The translations under genes were made by a program, and so were the position numbers. From Haliotis rufescens (Eukaryota), in NCBI RefSeq assembly GCF_023055435.1, contig NW_025963891.1, forward strand, positions 18,848,001-18,912,000: DNA of 64,000 nucleotides. The letters are read 5' to 3'. Under the pieces are notes generated by a model. That model saw nothing but the letters and a program-made list of their open reading frames with translations, was not told where the DNA came from and ran no database searches. Position 1 is the stretch's first letter. Every line of letters begins with the position of its first letter. This document shows, piece after piece, positions 1 through 13,212 of this stretch.

Positions 1-3000
1 CCCTATACTCCATGTACTAAGTGGACACCCAACCCTATACTCCATCCTCCATGTACAAAGTGGACACCCCACCCTATACTCCATCCTCCATGTACAAAGT
101 GGACACCCCACCCTATACTCCATCCTCCATGTACAAAGTGGACACCCCACCCTATACTCCATGTACCAAGTGGACACCCCACCCTATACTCCATCCTCCA
201 TGTACTAAGTGGACACCCCACCCTATACTCCATCCTCCATGTACCAAGTGGACACCCCACCCTATACTCCATCCTCCATGTACCAAGTGGACACCCCACC
301 CTATACTCCATGTACCAAGTGGACACCCAACCCTATACTCCATCCTCCATGTACCAAGTGGACACCCCACCCTATACTCCATGTACTAAGTGGACACCCA
401 ACCCTATACTCCATCCTCCATGTACAAAGTGGACACCCCACCCTATACTCCATGTACAAAGTGGACACCCAACCCTATACTCCATCCTCCATGTACCAAG
501 TGGACACCCCACCCTATACTCCATCCTCCATGTACCAAGTGGAAACGCCACCCTATACTCCATGTACTAAGTGGACACCCAACCCTATACTCCATCCTCC
601 ATGTACCAAGTGGACACCCAACCCTATACTCCATCCTCCATGTACCAAGTGGACACCCCACCCTATACTCCATCCTCCATGTACCAAGTGGACACCCAAC
701 CCTATACTCCATCCTCCATGTACAAAGTGGACACCCAACCCTATACTCCATCCTCCATGTACCAAGTGGACACCCCACCCTATACTCCATCCTCCATGTA
801 CCAAGTGGACACCCAACCCTATACTCCATCCTCCATGTACCAAGTGGACACCCCACCCTATACTCCATCCTCCATGTACCAAGTGGACACCCCACCCTAT
901 ACTCCATCCTCCATGTACCAAGTGGAAACGCCACCCTATACTCCATCCTCCATGTACCAAGTGGACACTCCACCCTATACTCCATCCTCCATGTACTAAG
1001 TGGACACCCCACCCTATACTCCATGTACCAAGTGGACACCCCACCCTATACTCCATCCTCCATGTACCAACAGGACACCCAACCCTATACTCCATCCTCC
1101 ATGTACCAAGTGGACACCCCACCCTATACTCCATCCTCCATGTACTAAGTGGACACCCCACCCTATACTCCATGTACCAAGTGGACACCCCACCCTATAC
1201 TCCATCCTCCATGTACCAAGTGGACACCCAACCCTATACTCCATTCTCCATGTACTAAGTGGACACCCCACCCTATACTCCATCCTCCATGTACCAAGTG
1301 GACACCCCACCCTATACTCCATCCTCCATGTACCAAGTGGACACCCCACCCTATACTCCATCCTCCATGTACTAAGTGGACACCCCACCCTATACTCCAT
1401 GTACCAAGTGGACACCCCACCCTATACTCCATGTACCAAGTGGACACCCCACCCTATACTCCATGTACCAAGTGGACACCCAACCCTATACTCCATTCTC
1501 CATGTACTAAGTGGACACCCCACCCTATACTCCATCCTCCATGTACCAAGTGGACACCCCACCCTATACTCCATCCTCCATGTACCAAGTGGACACCCCA
1601 CCCTATACTCCATCCTCCATGTACCAAGTGGACACCCCACCCTATACTCCATCCTCCATGTACCAAGTGGACACCCCACCCTATACTCCATCCTCCATGT
1701 ACCAAGTGGACACCCAACCCTATACTCCATTCTCCAAGTAACCAAGTGGACACCCCACCCTATACTCCATCCTCCATGTACCAAGTGGAAACGCCACCCT
1801 ATACTCCATCCTCCATGTACCAAGTGGACACTCCACCCTATACTCCATGTACCAAGTGGACACTCCACCCTATACTCCATCCTCCATGTACCAAGTGGAA
1901 ACGCCACCCTATACTCCATCCTCCATGTACCAAGTGGAAACGCCACCCTATACTCCATGTACCAAGTGGACACCCCACCCTATACTCCATCCTCCATGTA
2001 CCAAGTGGAAACGCCACCCTATACTCCATCCTCCATGTACCAAGTGGACACTCCACCCTATACTCCATGTACCAAGTGGACACTCCACCCTATACTCCAT
2101 CCTCCATGTACCAAGTGGACACCCCACCCTATACTCCATCCTCCATGTACCAAGTGGAAACGCCACCCTATACTCCATCCTCCATGTACCAAGTGGAAAC
2201 GCCACCCTATACTCCATCCTCCATGTACCAAGTGGACACTCCACCCTATACTCCATGTACCAAGTGGACACCCCACCCTATACTCCATCCTCCATGTACC
2301 AAGTGGACACCCAACCCTATACTCCATCCTCCATGTACCAAGTGGACACCCCACCCTATACTCCATCCTCCATGTACCAAGTGGACACCCAACCCTATAC
2401 TCCATCCTCCATGTACCAAGTGGACACCCCACCCTATACTCCATGTACCAAGTGGACACCCAACCCTATACTCCATGTACCAAGTGGACACCCCACCCTA
2501 TACTCCATCCTCCATGTACCAAGTGGACACTCCACCCTATACTCCATCCTCCATGTACCAAGTGGAAACGCCACCCTATACTCCATGTACCAAGTGGACA
2601 CCCAACCCTATACTCCATGTACCAAGTGGACACCCCACCCTATACTCCATCCTCCATGTACCAAGTGGACACCCAACCCTATACTCCATCCTCCATGTAC
2701 AAAGTGGACACCCCACCCTATACTCCATCCTCCATGTACCAAGTGGACACCCCACCCTATACTCCATCCTCCATGTACCAAGTGGACACCCAACCCTATA
2801 CTCCATCCTCCATGTACTAAGTGGACACCCCACCCTATACTCCATCCTCCATGTACCAAGTGGACACCCCACCCTATACTCCATCCTCCATGTACCAAGT
2901 GGACACCCAACCCTATACTCCATCCTCCATGTACCAAGTGGACACCCCACCCTATACTCCATCCTCCATGTACCAAGTGGACACCCCACCCTATACTCCA

Positions 3001-3190
3001 TCCTCCATGTACCAAGTGGACACTCCACCCTATACTCCATCCTCCATGTACCAAGTGGACACCCCACCCTATACTCCATGTACCAAGTGGACACCCAACC
3101 CTATACTCCATGTACCAAGTGGACACCCCACCCTATACTCCATCCTCCATGTACCAAGTGGACGCTCCACCCTATACTCCATCCTCCATC
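1..3190. repeat. Intronic minisatellite, 39-bp unit with interspersed 32-bp variants
   Basis: Unit CCCTATACTCCATCCTCCATGTACCAAGTGGACACCCCA. The short variant lacks CCTCCAT. Point variants include ACCCAA, AAACGCCA and ACTCCA. Continues off the left edge and explains all ORFs in 1-3300. Confidence 0.98.
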
Positions 3191-3221
3191 ACCAAAATCC
3201 AACATGTGACTATTTGCTTAC

Positions 3222-6200
3222 CTTGTTTTTCTCAGTCCTCAGAAGTCGACACTGTTCTTTCACATATTCACAAAAGTTGTTCAGCTCTCGCTTAGAACTT
3301 GGCTGAAGAAGAATATAACATTAATTTCTTGAAAAGGACAAGGGTGCCTTCCATAAAACTAAACTTGCCTAAAAGTTTAGTTTTAATGATGTTAGCATAA
3401 ATAATACATATGTAGGGATGTAAATGATTTTTTAAAGAACACACTGAAAGTTGTCTGGTGGACTGGTGGACCATACTGATTTATGTGTATATTGTAATGG
3501 CATGTTACACAAAATTCTCATCCCTGCATAATTATGTCAGACACGCAGTTGAACAAAGGGAGATAACTTAAGGCTTGGCAGTTATCATTGCCCTTGATAA
3601 TTCGGTTGCCAATTACACCATCTGAGACTCATCCAAACTCCATGTCAAGTAAAATATGAGTCTGTCTTGCAAGCTCAGCTAATAATAGGCTTTATATCAT
3701 AACAGAATCTACTAAAAATGATGCCAAATACAAAATGGACCAGCTGACAAATGTTTTGGGAAGACTAAACTTAAGTGAGTATTTACCCATTTCATTTACC
3801 CATACTTGTCAAAGTGTCAAATCAAAGTTTAATCCTCTGCTAGCTTGAATGCAGGGTTGATAAAGTGAGTGAGTGAGTTGGGTTTAACGCTGCTTTTAAC
3901 ATTATTCCAGTTATATCACGGCGTGTCACCCTGAAGTGATGCAGGTCTCAAGACGTTTACCACTTCGGTGAAACCCACGAGCACAGGTATGGTGCTGACA
4001 AACCTAGAAACATAATTGGGGCGAACCGGGATTCAAACCCACAGTAAGGTTGATAAAGAAGTACCAAACTGTACCCACAAGGGGAGCCACAGTGAGAAAC
4101 TGTAGTTCTTTTCTAAGAAGAAAGATATGGCTCCAATTATCCTGCAGCAATCGACTTCTGTTTCTGCTTCATTTCAAACTAAACCAACTTTAAATCATAA
4201 ACTAGGGAATTTGCCTACCAAGGAAAGATTTGTTGCAATGCATCAAAACAAATCCTAATTTTAGTGAGTTAGTTGTTAAATGCTGCTTTGAAAAGTATTC
4301 CAGGTACATCAGGGCATGTCCTCTTCATGTGAGTGGAAAGCCTTACGTGATGCAGGTCTTAGATGTTTACGCTCTGGCAAAAAACCCAAATCTCAGATTC
4401 AAACAAACAATCAAAGGTTTCTGGCATGCCTCAGGGATGTTACTCTGTACTGGGCCTCCCATACTTTTTAGCCCAACTGTACCACCCTGCCTTGTGAGTT
4501 GTCTCACCTTGATACTGAGTTCAGCCACCAGGTAGCGCATGTGCTCCTGCTTCACCTTGTACCCGAGGTCACCAGCCGTGGTGGAGGGCATACCAAATGC
4601 AATATCTGTAACACAAGCAGTTGTTAGGTGACCATTAATAGAGTCATGATTGGTAGTAGTATCCATACCAAATACATTTTTATGGTATCAGCAATGTTTG
4701 AAATTAAGCATGAACGTCATGAGATCCTTGCAATAGCCCTTTACAATTTTCAAAAAAAAGGTGTGCCTAGATTCAAATACTACAGTAGAAAACCTCAAGG
4801 ACCGCAGGGCCCTTAAATTTCAAACACTGCACTAGATACATGAGGTCCATAAGAATCTGCTTTCATGATAGTTTTTGTGAGGAGAAAGTTTTGTTTCCCT
4901 CGTTTTCATATCAATCTGCATAACTTAAAAGTATCGTGAAGTCTACTCACAACTTTGTGTTGCATGTTCTTCATAGGTTTAGGATGCTGTTATGAGGAAT
5001 CAATGTTTCATTGTTTTAATTTGTTTGTTGTTTAACGCTGCACTATCAATATTGCTGCTATATATCTGCGGTCTGTAAATAATTGAGTCTGGACATGACA
5101 TGACAGTTTCAGTTGTTTTACGAGTTCTAGTCATGTTGAATAACACCATATCGTGTAACCTACAGACATGTCATGGATGCTACTATCAAAGTAACTATCG
5201 TTCACTTTGGATACAGGATAAATACAGGTCAGCCGAAATTTGTGAACGTGTTGGTATTGTTTATTATTTGTTGTTTAACAATGGCAATATTCCAACTCTA
5301 TGACAGCAGTCAGGAAATGAGCATCGACCAACGCAATTGGGATACGATGACATTCTTCAACCAAGTCAGCAAGCCTGACTATCCAATCCTGTTAGTCACC
5401 TCTTACGACAAGCATAGTCGCCTTTTGCGGCAAGCATTTGTTGCGGAAGACCTGGACCTATTCTAACCCGAATCTTTACAGGTTCAATGTTTTAGACATG
5501 TAATGGCACTTAGCAGAGCAATTACCATTGTTATCCATATTTCTCAAAATAAGCAAATCAACAAAAATCTTGTAATACGATTCAGAAACATTGTATGGTC
5601 AGTATGACACAAGCATTTATGCAACAATTTCAACCCATATCTTCCAAGTTAACATCACTTGTAATATGCAGCTCAAGCTACCTAGACCACCCCATGGCCC
5701 TGACAGTGACAATCAATTTGTAAACTAAGTCCTAATGACAACCAACAGAGAGAACCCCTGCAATAGACAGCCTACCTAGACCACCCCATTGGCCCTGACA
5801 GCGACAATCAATTTGTAAACTAAGTCCTAATGACAACCAACAGAGAGAACCCCTGCAATAGACAGCCTACCTAGACCACCCCATTGGCCCTGACAGCGAC
5901 AATCAATTTGTAAACTAAGTCCTAATGACAACCAACAAAGAGAACCCCTGCAATAGACAGCCTACCTAGACCACCCCATTGGCCCTGACAGCGACAATCA
6001 ATTTGTAAACTAAGTCCTAATGACAACCAACAGAGAGAACCCCTGCAATAGACAGCCTACCTAGACCACCCCATTGGCCCTGACAGCGACAATCAATTTG
6101 TAAACTAAGTCCTAATAACAACCAACAGAGAGAACCCCTTTAACAGACAGCCTACCTAGACCACCCCATTGGCCCTGACAGCGACAATCAATTTGTAAAC

Positions 6201-9200
6201 TAAGACCTAATGACAACCAACAAAGAGAACCCCTGCAATAGACAGCCTACCTAGACCACCCCATTGGCCCTGACAGCGACAATCAATTTGTAAACTAAGT
6301 CCTAATGACAACCAACAGAGAGAACCCCTTTAACAGACAGCCTACCTAGCAACTTCCACAGGCCTTGCCCCCAGCCGCGCAGAGCATCCGAGACACTGAA
6401 GAACTGAGAGCAGAACCTGTCTCGGGCTGTGATGATAAGGAGTTTCAGGGACCAGGCAGCATCCTGAAGCAGACACAAATCAGTGTGCAACAAACATGGC
6501 AGTCAGTGGAACCAACTCACAATCATTTTGCTTGTTACTGTTATCGTTTCTTTCACTAGGATCAGGTGAGGGGAGGTGAAATGGGGTTTAACGTCACGTC
6601 CAAGATTATTGCACTTATATAGCGACGTGCATGTACGTGTGTGTGTTTGTGTGGCTGCTTGTACTAGTCCGGACTGATGCCGATTTATAGTGCTAGCTCA
6701 CTGAGATATCATGCCGCAGTTTAACATGAATACCCCACTCAGACACAGTATACTGACTACGAGGCGACCAGTCCTTGTTTTAGCCCCTTAATGCCGAGCG
6801 CCAGACAGGGTAACAACAAGTACCATCTTTTAACGTCTTTTGGTATGACACGGCCGGGGATCGAACCACAGACCTTCCGCTCTTTTCAGGCGGACGCTCT
6901 ACCACTAGACCACGGAGGCGGACTCACTAGGATCAGACAAACCACAGAAGATTGCTAACAATGTCAAACATTTTCTCAAATTTACATCATTATGAATGTA
7001 ACTCAATGTGCTCAATACATAATAAAATTTCACACAACACAGCAATAATGAATAATGTGACATCACGTATTTGTGACCAGTGTAACATGAGTTAATTTGA
7101 CATGAGTACTAATGTCATAGATAGAGTTACAGCTTACTGAGAAGGAATTCACATCAACAATCTTTCAATTTTTGAATGCAAATTGGCACTAGCTCACAAG
7201 CCCAAGTCAGCTTGTCTAACATAAAAGGAATCTGAAAAGCTAGTAGGATTTCAGGCTTAATAGGGGGTGTCCTTATGGTATCACTATCTTCAATCCAACT
7301 AGCCCAGAGAAAGTGTACAGCTTCAGAGTTACTCACATTGAGCAGGGTACCTTGAGCTCTGATGGAACCCTTCTGAAGCAGCTGGGTGAGGCGCCACCTG
7401 TGAACCTGGCCAGGGAAGTGAATGCTGTCCACCTCAAACTCACTGAAATGTGTACAGAATCCATTAGTAAAGGTGCTTTTTACATTACAATTAAACCCTA
7501 TGTCACAATTTTGATACTGATAATAACCAGTATCACTAAAATCAAATAACACACCAAATTAAATACCTCAATGGGGATCCTCTTCCATCAATTTCAATAA
7601 TAATAGATTATAATAATATCAAAATCAAATACAGTCAAGTCTCGTTAATCTGACACTCGTTAATCCGACAATCGGCTTTATCCGACACTAATGAAGGGAA
7701 CCGATTAAATCAGTGCTATTTAGACCCATTAATCTGACAGTCTCACATTCCGACTCAGACACACCTAATTTGCAACGAATTACCGAAATCACTCATTAAT
7801 CAGTCTTGTTAATCCGACAGTGATCAGCGTACGCCATGGTCATCTGCCTGCGAGTACACAGCCTGTGTTTGGATGCGACACCAGTCAGCTGGTAGCTGCA
7901 TATTACAATAGCTGCAGAGATAAACTTGCTGAGCAATAATTAATGAACAATTAGTGTTTGTATTGTTATCTATCGCGATACTACTTAATTTCGTTCATCC
8001 AAAATACTCATTAATCCGACATAATCATATGCAACCAACCATGTCGGATTAACAGGACTTGACTGTATATCATTATTCTGTGTCTGAGGCTCCCCAACAG
8101 CTTCCCTCCAACTACTTTCGACAACTATCACTGCTAGGACCTACAGTTGTTCCCGTGTATCCTCTACAGTATCTCACCCCTGATTCCAGATGCTGTTGAG
8201 CTGCTTCTCATTGAGTTTCTTCAGGCCTCCTGACTTGCCCTTGGCAACCTCCTCAAGCTCCTCAAATGTTGGGGCGATGAACATGTTCTTGAAGTTGATC
8301 CATCCCTGACAGCAACATATGTCAGTATCAATTGATTCATGCATATACAACTTATTCAAACGTAAGCATGAGAATATTAGGCTGCACTTACTAATATAGC
8401 ATTGTACTCAGGATGTCTTATATGTCCAGTATCTGGTCACCCTCTATGCCTGCACTGCCTCCTCCAGCATCAGTCTCTATACGTGGGTCTCATTCAACAA
8501 AGTAATCTTAGTGCTACTACAGTCATAAATCTTAGTTAGAGTATGGGAATATCGATCGCTCGAGCTTTGAGGAAAGAGGCCCTGCACTGCCTACTCTGGC
8601 ATTAGTCTCCACACCTGCACTGCCTACTCTAGCATCAGTCTCTACACCTGCACTGCCTACTCCAGCATCAGTCTCTACACCTGCACTGCCTACTCCAGCA
8701 TCAGTCTCTACACCTGCACTGCCTACTCTAGCATCAGTCTCTACACCTGCACTGTCTACTCTAGCATCAGTCTCTACACCTGCACTGCCTACTCCAGCAT
8801 CAGTCTCTACACCTGCACTGCCTACTCCAGCATCAGTCTCTACACCTGCACTGCCTACTCCAGCATCAGTCTCTACACCTGCACTGTCTACTCCAGCATC
8901 AGTCTCTACACCTGCACTGCCTACTCCAGCATCAGTCTCTACACATGCACTGCCTACTCCAGCATCAATCTCTACACCTGCACTGCCTACACCAGCATCA
9001 GTCTCTACACCTGTGCAGCCTACACCAGCATCAGTCTCCACACCTGCACTGCCTACACCAGCATCAGTCTCTACACCTGCACTGCCTATTCCAGCATCAG
9101 TCTCTACGTCTGCATTGCCTACTCTAGCAGTCTCCACACCTGCACTGCCTACTCTAGCATCAGTCTCTACGTCTGCATTGCCTCCTCTAGCAGTCTCCAC

Positions 9201-12200
9201 ACCTGCACTGCCTACTCCAGCATCAGTCTCTACACCTCCACTGCCTACTCTAGCAGTCTCCACACCTGCACTGTCTACTCTAGCATCAGTCTCTACACCT
9301 GCACTGCCTACTCCAGCATCAGTCTCTACACCTGCACTGCCTACTCTAGCATCAGTCTCTACACCTGCACTGCCTACACCAGCATCAGTCTCCACACCTG
9401 CACTGCCTTCACCAGCATCAGTCTCTACACCTGCACTGCCTACTCTAGCATCAGTCTCTACACCTGCACTGTCTACTCCAGCATCAGTCTCTACACCTGC
9501 ACTGCCTACTCCAGCATCAGTCTCTACACATGCACTGCCTACTCCAGCATCAATCTCTACACCTGCACTGCCTACACCAGCATCAGTCTCTACACCTGTG
9601 CAGCCTACACCAGCATCAGTCTCCACACCTGCACTGCCTACACCAGCATCAGTCTCTACACCTGCACTGCCTACTCCAGCATCAGTCTCTACGTCTGCAT
9701 TGCCTACTCTAGCAGTCTCCACACCTGCACTGCCTACTCTAGCATCAGTCTCTACGTCTGCATTGCCTCCTCTAGCAGTCTCCACACCTGCACTGCCTAC
9801 TCCAGCATCAGTCTCTACACCTGCACTGCCTACTCTAGCATCAGTTTCTACACCTGCACTGCCTACTCTAGCATCAGTCTCTACACCTGCACTGCCTACT
9901 CCAGCATCAGTCTCTACACCTGCACTGCCTACTCTAGCATCAGTCTCTACACCTGCACTGCCTACACCAGCATCAGTCTCCACACCTGCACTGCCTACAC
10001 CAGCATCAGTCTCTACACCTGCACTGCCTACTCCAGCATCAGTCTCTACGTCTGCATTGCCTACCTGTAGCAGTCTCCACACCTGCACTGCCTACTCCAG
10101 CATCAGTCTATACACCTCCACTGCCTACTCTAGCAGTCTCCACACCTGCACTGTCTACTCTAGCATCAGTCTCTACACCTGCACTGCCTACTCCAGCATC
10201 AGTCTCTACACCTGCACTGCCTACTCTAGCATCAGTCTCTACACCTGCACTGCCTACACCAGCATCAGTCTCCACACCTGCACTGCCTACACCAGCATCA
10301 GTCTCTACATCTGCATTGCCTACCTCTAGCAGTCTCCACACCTGCACTGCCTACTCCAGCATCAGTCTATACACCTCCACTGCCTACTCTAGCAGTCTCC
10401 ACACCTGCACTGTCTACTCTAGCATCAGTCTCTACACCTGCACTGCCTACACCAGCATCAGTCTCCACACCTGCACTGCCTACACCAGCATCAGTCTCTA
10501 CGTCTGCATTGCCTACCTCTAGCAGTCTCCACACCTGCATTGCCTACTCCAGCATCAGTCTATACACCTCCACTGCCTACTCTAGCAGTCTCCACACCTG
10601 CACTGTCTACTCTAGCATCAGTTTCCACACCTGCACTGCCTACTCTAGCATCAGTCTCTACACCTGCACTGCCTACTCCAGCATCAGTCTCTACACCTGC
10701 ACTGCCTACTCTAGCAGTCTCCACACCTGCACTGTCTACTCTAGCATCAGTCTCTACACCTGCACTGCCTCCTCTAGCATCAGTCTCTACACCTGCACTG
10801 CCTACTCTAGCAGTCTCCACACCTGCACTGTCTACTCCAGCATCAGTCTCTACACCTGCACTGCCTACTCCAGCATCAGTCTCTACACCTGCACTGCCTA
10901 CTCTAGCATCAGTCTCTACACCTGCATTGCCTACTCCAGCATCAGCCCTACACCTGCACCACCTACTCCAGCATCAGTCTCTACACCTGCACTGCCTACT
11001 CCAGCATCAGTCTCTACACCTGCACTGCCTACTCTAGCATCAGTCTCTACACCTGCATTGCCTTCTCCAGCATCAGTCTCTACACCTGCACTGCCTACTC
11101 CAGCATCAGTATCCACACCTGCACCACCTACTCCAGCATCAATCTCTACACCTACACCAGCTTGATTCCCTACAGCTACATCAGATATTTAGGTGCCTTG
11201 ACTTCTCTGCTGTCTCAATGTAATGTTGTGCCTACCTTCTTCTCCGAGTCTCCATCCTCGTCCCAGCGACCAGAATCCCTGATGGAGGCGTCTGTGATGG
11301 ACTCGGGCAGCACGATCGGTAACTCACGCCAATGGTACAACAACTCCTCCGCAAGCTACAGAAAGGAAGACATTCACTTCACAATCTATTGCGATGAGCA
11401 AAGCAGAAACATCTCCAACATCATGGCACTAACAATCTTTTATCACTATCACAATAAGTGCAAGTCATCAACATCTGATAACACAAAAACAGCCTACAGA
11501 CAAAAAAAAAATTTCTTTCTTTCTAATGTTATGTTTATCTGTTCTGATTCTTTTATTTACATAATTAATCAAGTAAAGAATTAATGAGTGGATGCAACAA
11601 CGGGCGTTACCTGCTTGATGCTGTCCATCACACCGCCCATCTCTGGCGAAACAGTGGCAGGGTCATAGTGGAAATAGAGTGGCTCTCGCTGAAAATACAT
11701 ACATCTCATTTCACTCAGGGCTGGTGAATAAGTCTAACAGCCAAAGTAACAACACAGTATCTTTACTCTTTTCAACCATCTATACTGCACTGTGGACAAA
11801 AACATGTTGTAATGTAAACCAATAAACAAGTAATAAAAAGCCTTATCTTGATAATCAGTGTTTGAAATTAGGTACACAAGTCAAGAGGTTCTTGTCAGGG
11901 GGTCTCTTGTTTTAAATAAGAGCAATGCTCAAGGATCTCTCGTAATTTCAAAACACTGATTATACTGATGTATCAAATATCCTGTTGATAACGATAAACT
12001 TCAAAATCAGTCTCAGCTTGCTAGAGTGAGTGAGTTTGGTTTTACGCCGCTTTCAGCAATATCAGGACAGGGGACACCATATTGTACACATGTCAGGAAT
12101 AAAACCCGGGTCTCGGCGTGACGAGCAAGCACCTTAACCACTAGGCTACCCGACCGCCCCTTCAGCTTGCTCAAACTGGCTCCATCACAAAATAAATCAA

Positions 12201-13212
12201 ACAGATATTTCTTCACAATTGTTCTTTAACAAATAAACGTTCAATTAATTGAAAGCATAAATCAATGTCACCTCATGGTTTGCATGGTCAGACACAACCA
12301 CAAGACCACTATACCAAGACTAGCAACATATGGTCAGGACTAGCAGTTTCCATGACAAACTAGTCACATTGAATAGAACCAGTCCAATCATGCTGAAGGA
12401 ATTACTGTGGACTAGCCACACTAGCTGGATGTCTAACATTGTGTCAACAGCATTTACACCACCGTGTCTACCTGTGAAGATCCAGGTCAGAATAGGTCTT
12501 CAGCAACCCATGCTTGCCGAAAAAAGGCAACTATGCTTGTAGTAAGAGGGGACTAATGAGATCGGTTGGTCAGGCTCTTAGTTGATGCATGTCATCGTAT
12601 CCCAAATGCGTAGATCGATGCTCATGATGTCAATCACTAGATCATCTGGTCCATATTAGATTATTTACAGACCGCCGTCATATAGCTGAATGTGGCGTCA
12701 AACAACAAACAAACCACCATGCCCACATAGTTATAGTGAAAATAATCTCAAAATTTATCATGAGGAAAGGAAAACACCTTGGCTATTGTTTTACTCCAAG
12801 CAAAGACTGTCACTTGTTCCATGGGACTCTAGAAGGTCCGGGGTAGAATAGATCTTCAGCAACCCATGCTTGACGTAATAGCCGATTATGCTTGTCGTAA
12901 GAGGCCACTAACGGGATCGGACGGTCAGGCTCGCTGACCTTGTTGATGCATGTCATCATATTGTGTGGATCGATGCTCATTACATCAATCACTGGATTGT
13001 CTGGTCTAGACAACATCATATAGCTGGAATATTGCTGAGTGCAGCATTAAACAACAAACAAACCATCTTGTTCCATGTGCCCCTACAGACATCATTGGTT
13101 CACGTTGTACCACAAGGAATCAACAGTTAACTTTGACATGCTCTAGCATCGTTACCTTGGGTTCCTGTCCCCCCTCCGCTGCCATGTCTTCTGAATCCAG
13201 GCTACTCTCCAT
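3222..13212 (-). CDS. Conserved uncharacterised invertebrate protein, N-terminal 8 coding exons (3' part outside the window)
   Basis: All junctions GT-AG and phase-consistent. Exons: 13212-13156 (MESSLDSEDMAAEGGQEPK), 11688-11611 (REPLYFHYDP...), 11355-11236 (LAEELLYHWRELPIVLP...), 8305-8178 (GWINFKNMFIAPTFEELE...), 7442-7337 (EFEVDSIHFPGQVHRWRL...), 6463-6346, 4605-4508 (DIAFGMPST...MRYLVAELSIK), 3302-3222. The motifs LLYHW..PIVLP and FPGQVH.WRL resemble a widespread uncharacterised arthropod/mollusc family (recalled, not searched). Confidence 0.88.
5678..6349. repeat. Tandem repeat, 95-bp unit, about 7 copies, overlapping an exon donor site
   Basis: CCTACCTAG recurs at 5771, 5866, 5961, 6056, 6151, 6246 and 6341 (95-bp period). 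Confidence 0.96.
6566..6923 (-). mobile_element. tRNA-derived SINE, family C
   Basis: Minus-strand A/B-box tRNA-like head, CATACCAAAAGAC...GGTACTTG core and (CACCT)n-type tail. 13-bp TSD TCACTAGGATCAG at 6553-6565 and 6924-6936. Other copies at 20060-20445(-), 42043-42280(+), 46684-47038(-) and a 3' fragment at ~29030-29160. Confidence 0.9.
7632..8065. mobile_element. Tc1/mariner-type MITE
   Basis: TIRs CAGTCAAGTC...GACTTGACTG flanked by TA on both sides. Internal TAATCCGAC subrepeats. Confidence 0.85.
8485..8582. mobile_element. Small TIR element (MITE) at the edge of the minisatellite
   Basis: Imperfect TIRs GGGTCTCATTCAACAAAG / CTTTGAGGAAAGAGGCCC. It separates one minisatellite unit (8449-8480) from the main array. 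Confidence 0.55.
8581..11161. repeat. Intronic minisatellite, 33-bp unit with 30-bp variants
   Basis: Unit ACACCTGCACTGCCTACTCCAGCATCAGTCTCT. Lies wholly in intron 8306-11235 and generates the spurious TPALPTPASVS / VETDAGVGSAG ORFs. Confidence 0.97.
12024..12160 (-). mobile_element. Short tRNA-derived SINE, family A
   Basis: Reverse complement of the 26968-27141 element, with (TCAC)n tail. Confidence 0.85.
12823..13066 (+). mobile_element. Non-tRNA SINE-like retroelement, family D
   Basis: Near full-length copy with (CAAA)n tail and TSD CTTGTTCCATG (12812-12822, 13067-13077). Neighbouring copy at 12470-12715. Confidence 0.88.

Noticed and set aside
1-3306. Dozens of long ORFs (up to 686 aa) on both strands
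   Set aside because: Translations of a 39/32-bp minisatellite inside an intron. They are open in many frames and frameshift at each 32-bp unit.
1-11161. CRISPR-like regular repeats
   Set aside because: No unique spacers, no cas genes, and a eukaryotic context.
8532-11165. Mucin- or antifreeze-like ORFs (518 aa, 438 aa)
   Set aside because: 33/30-bp minisatellite open on both strands. The flanking exons splice in frame across it.
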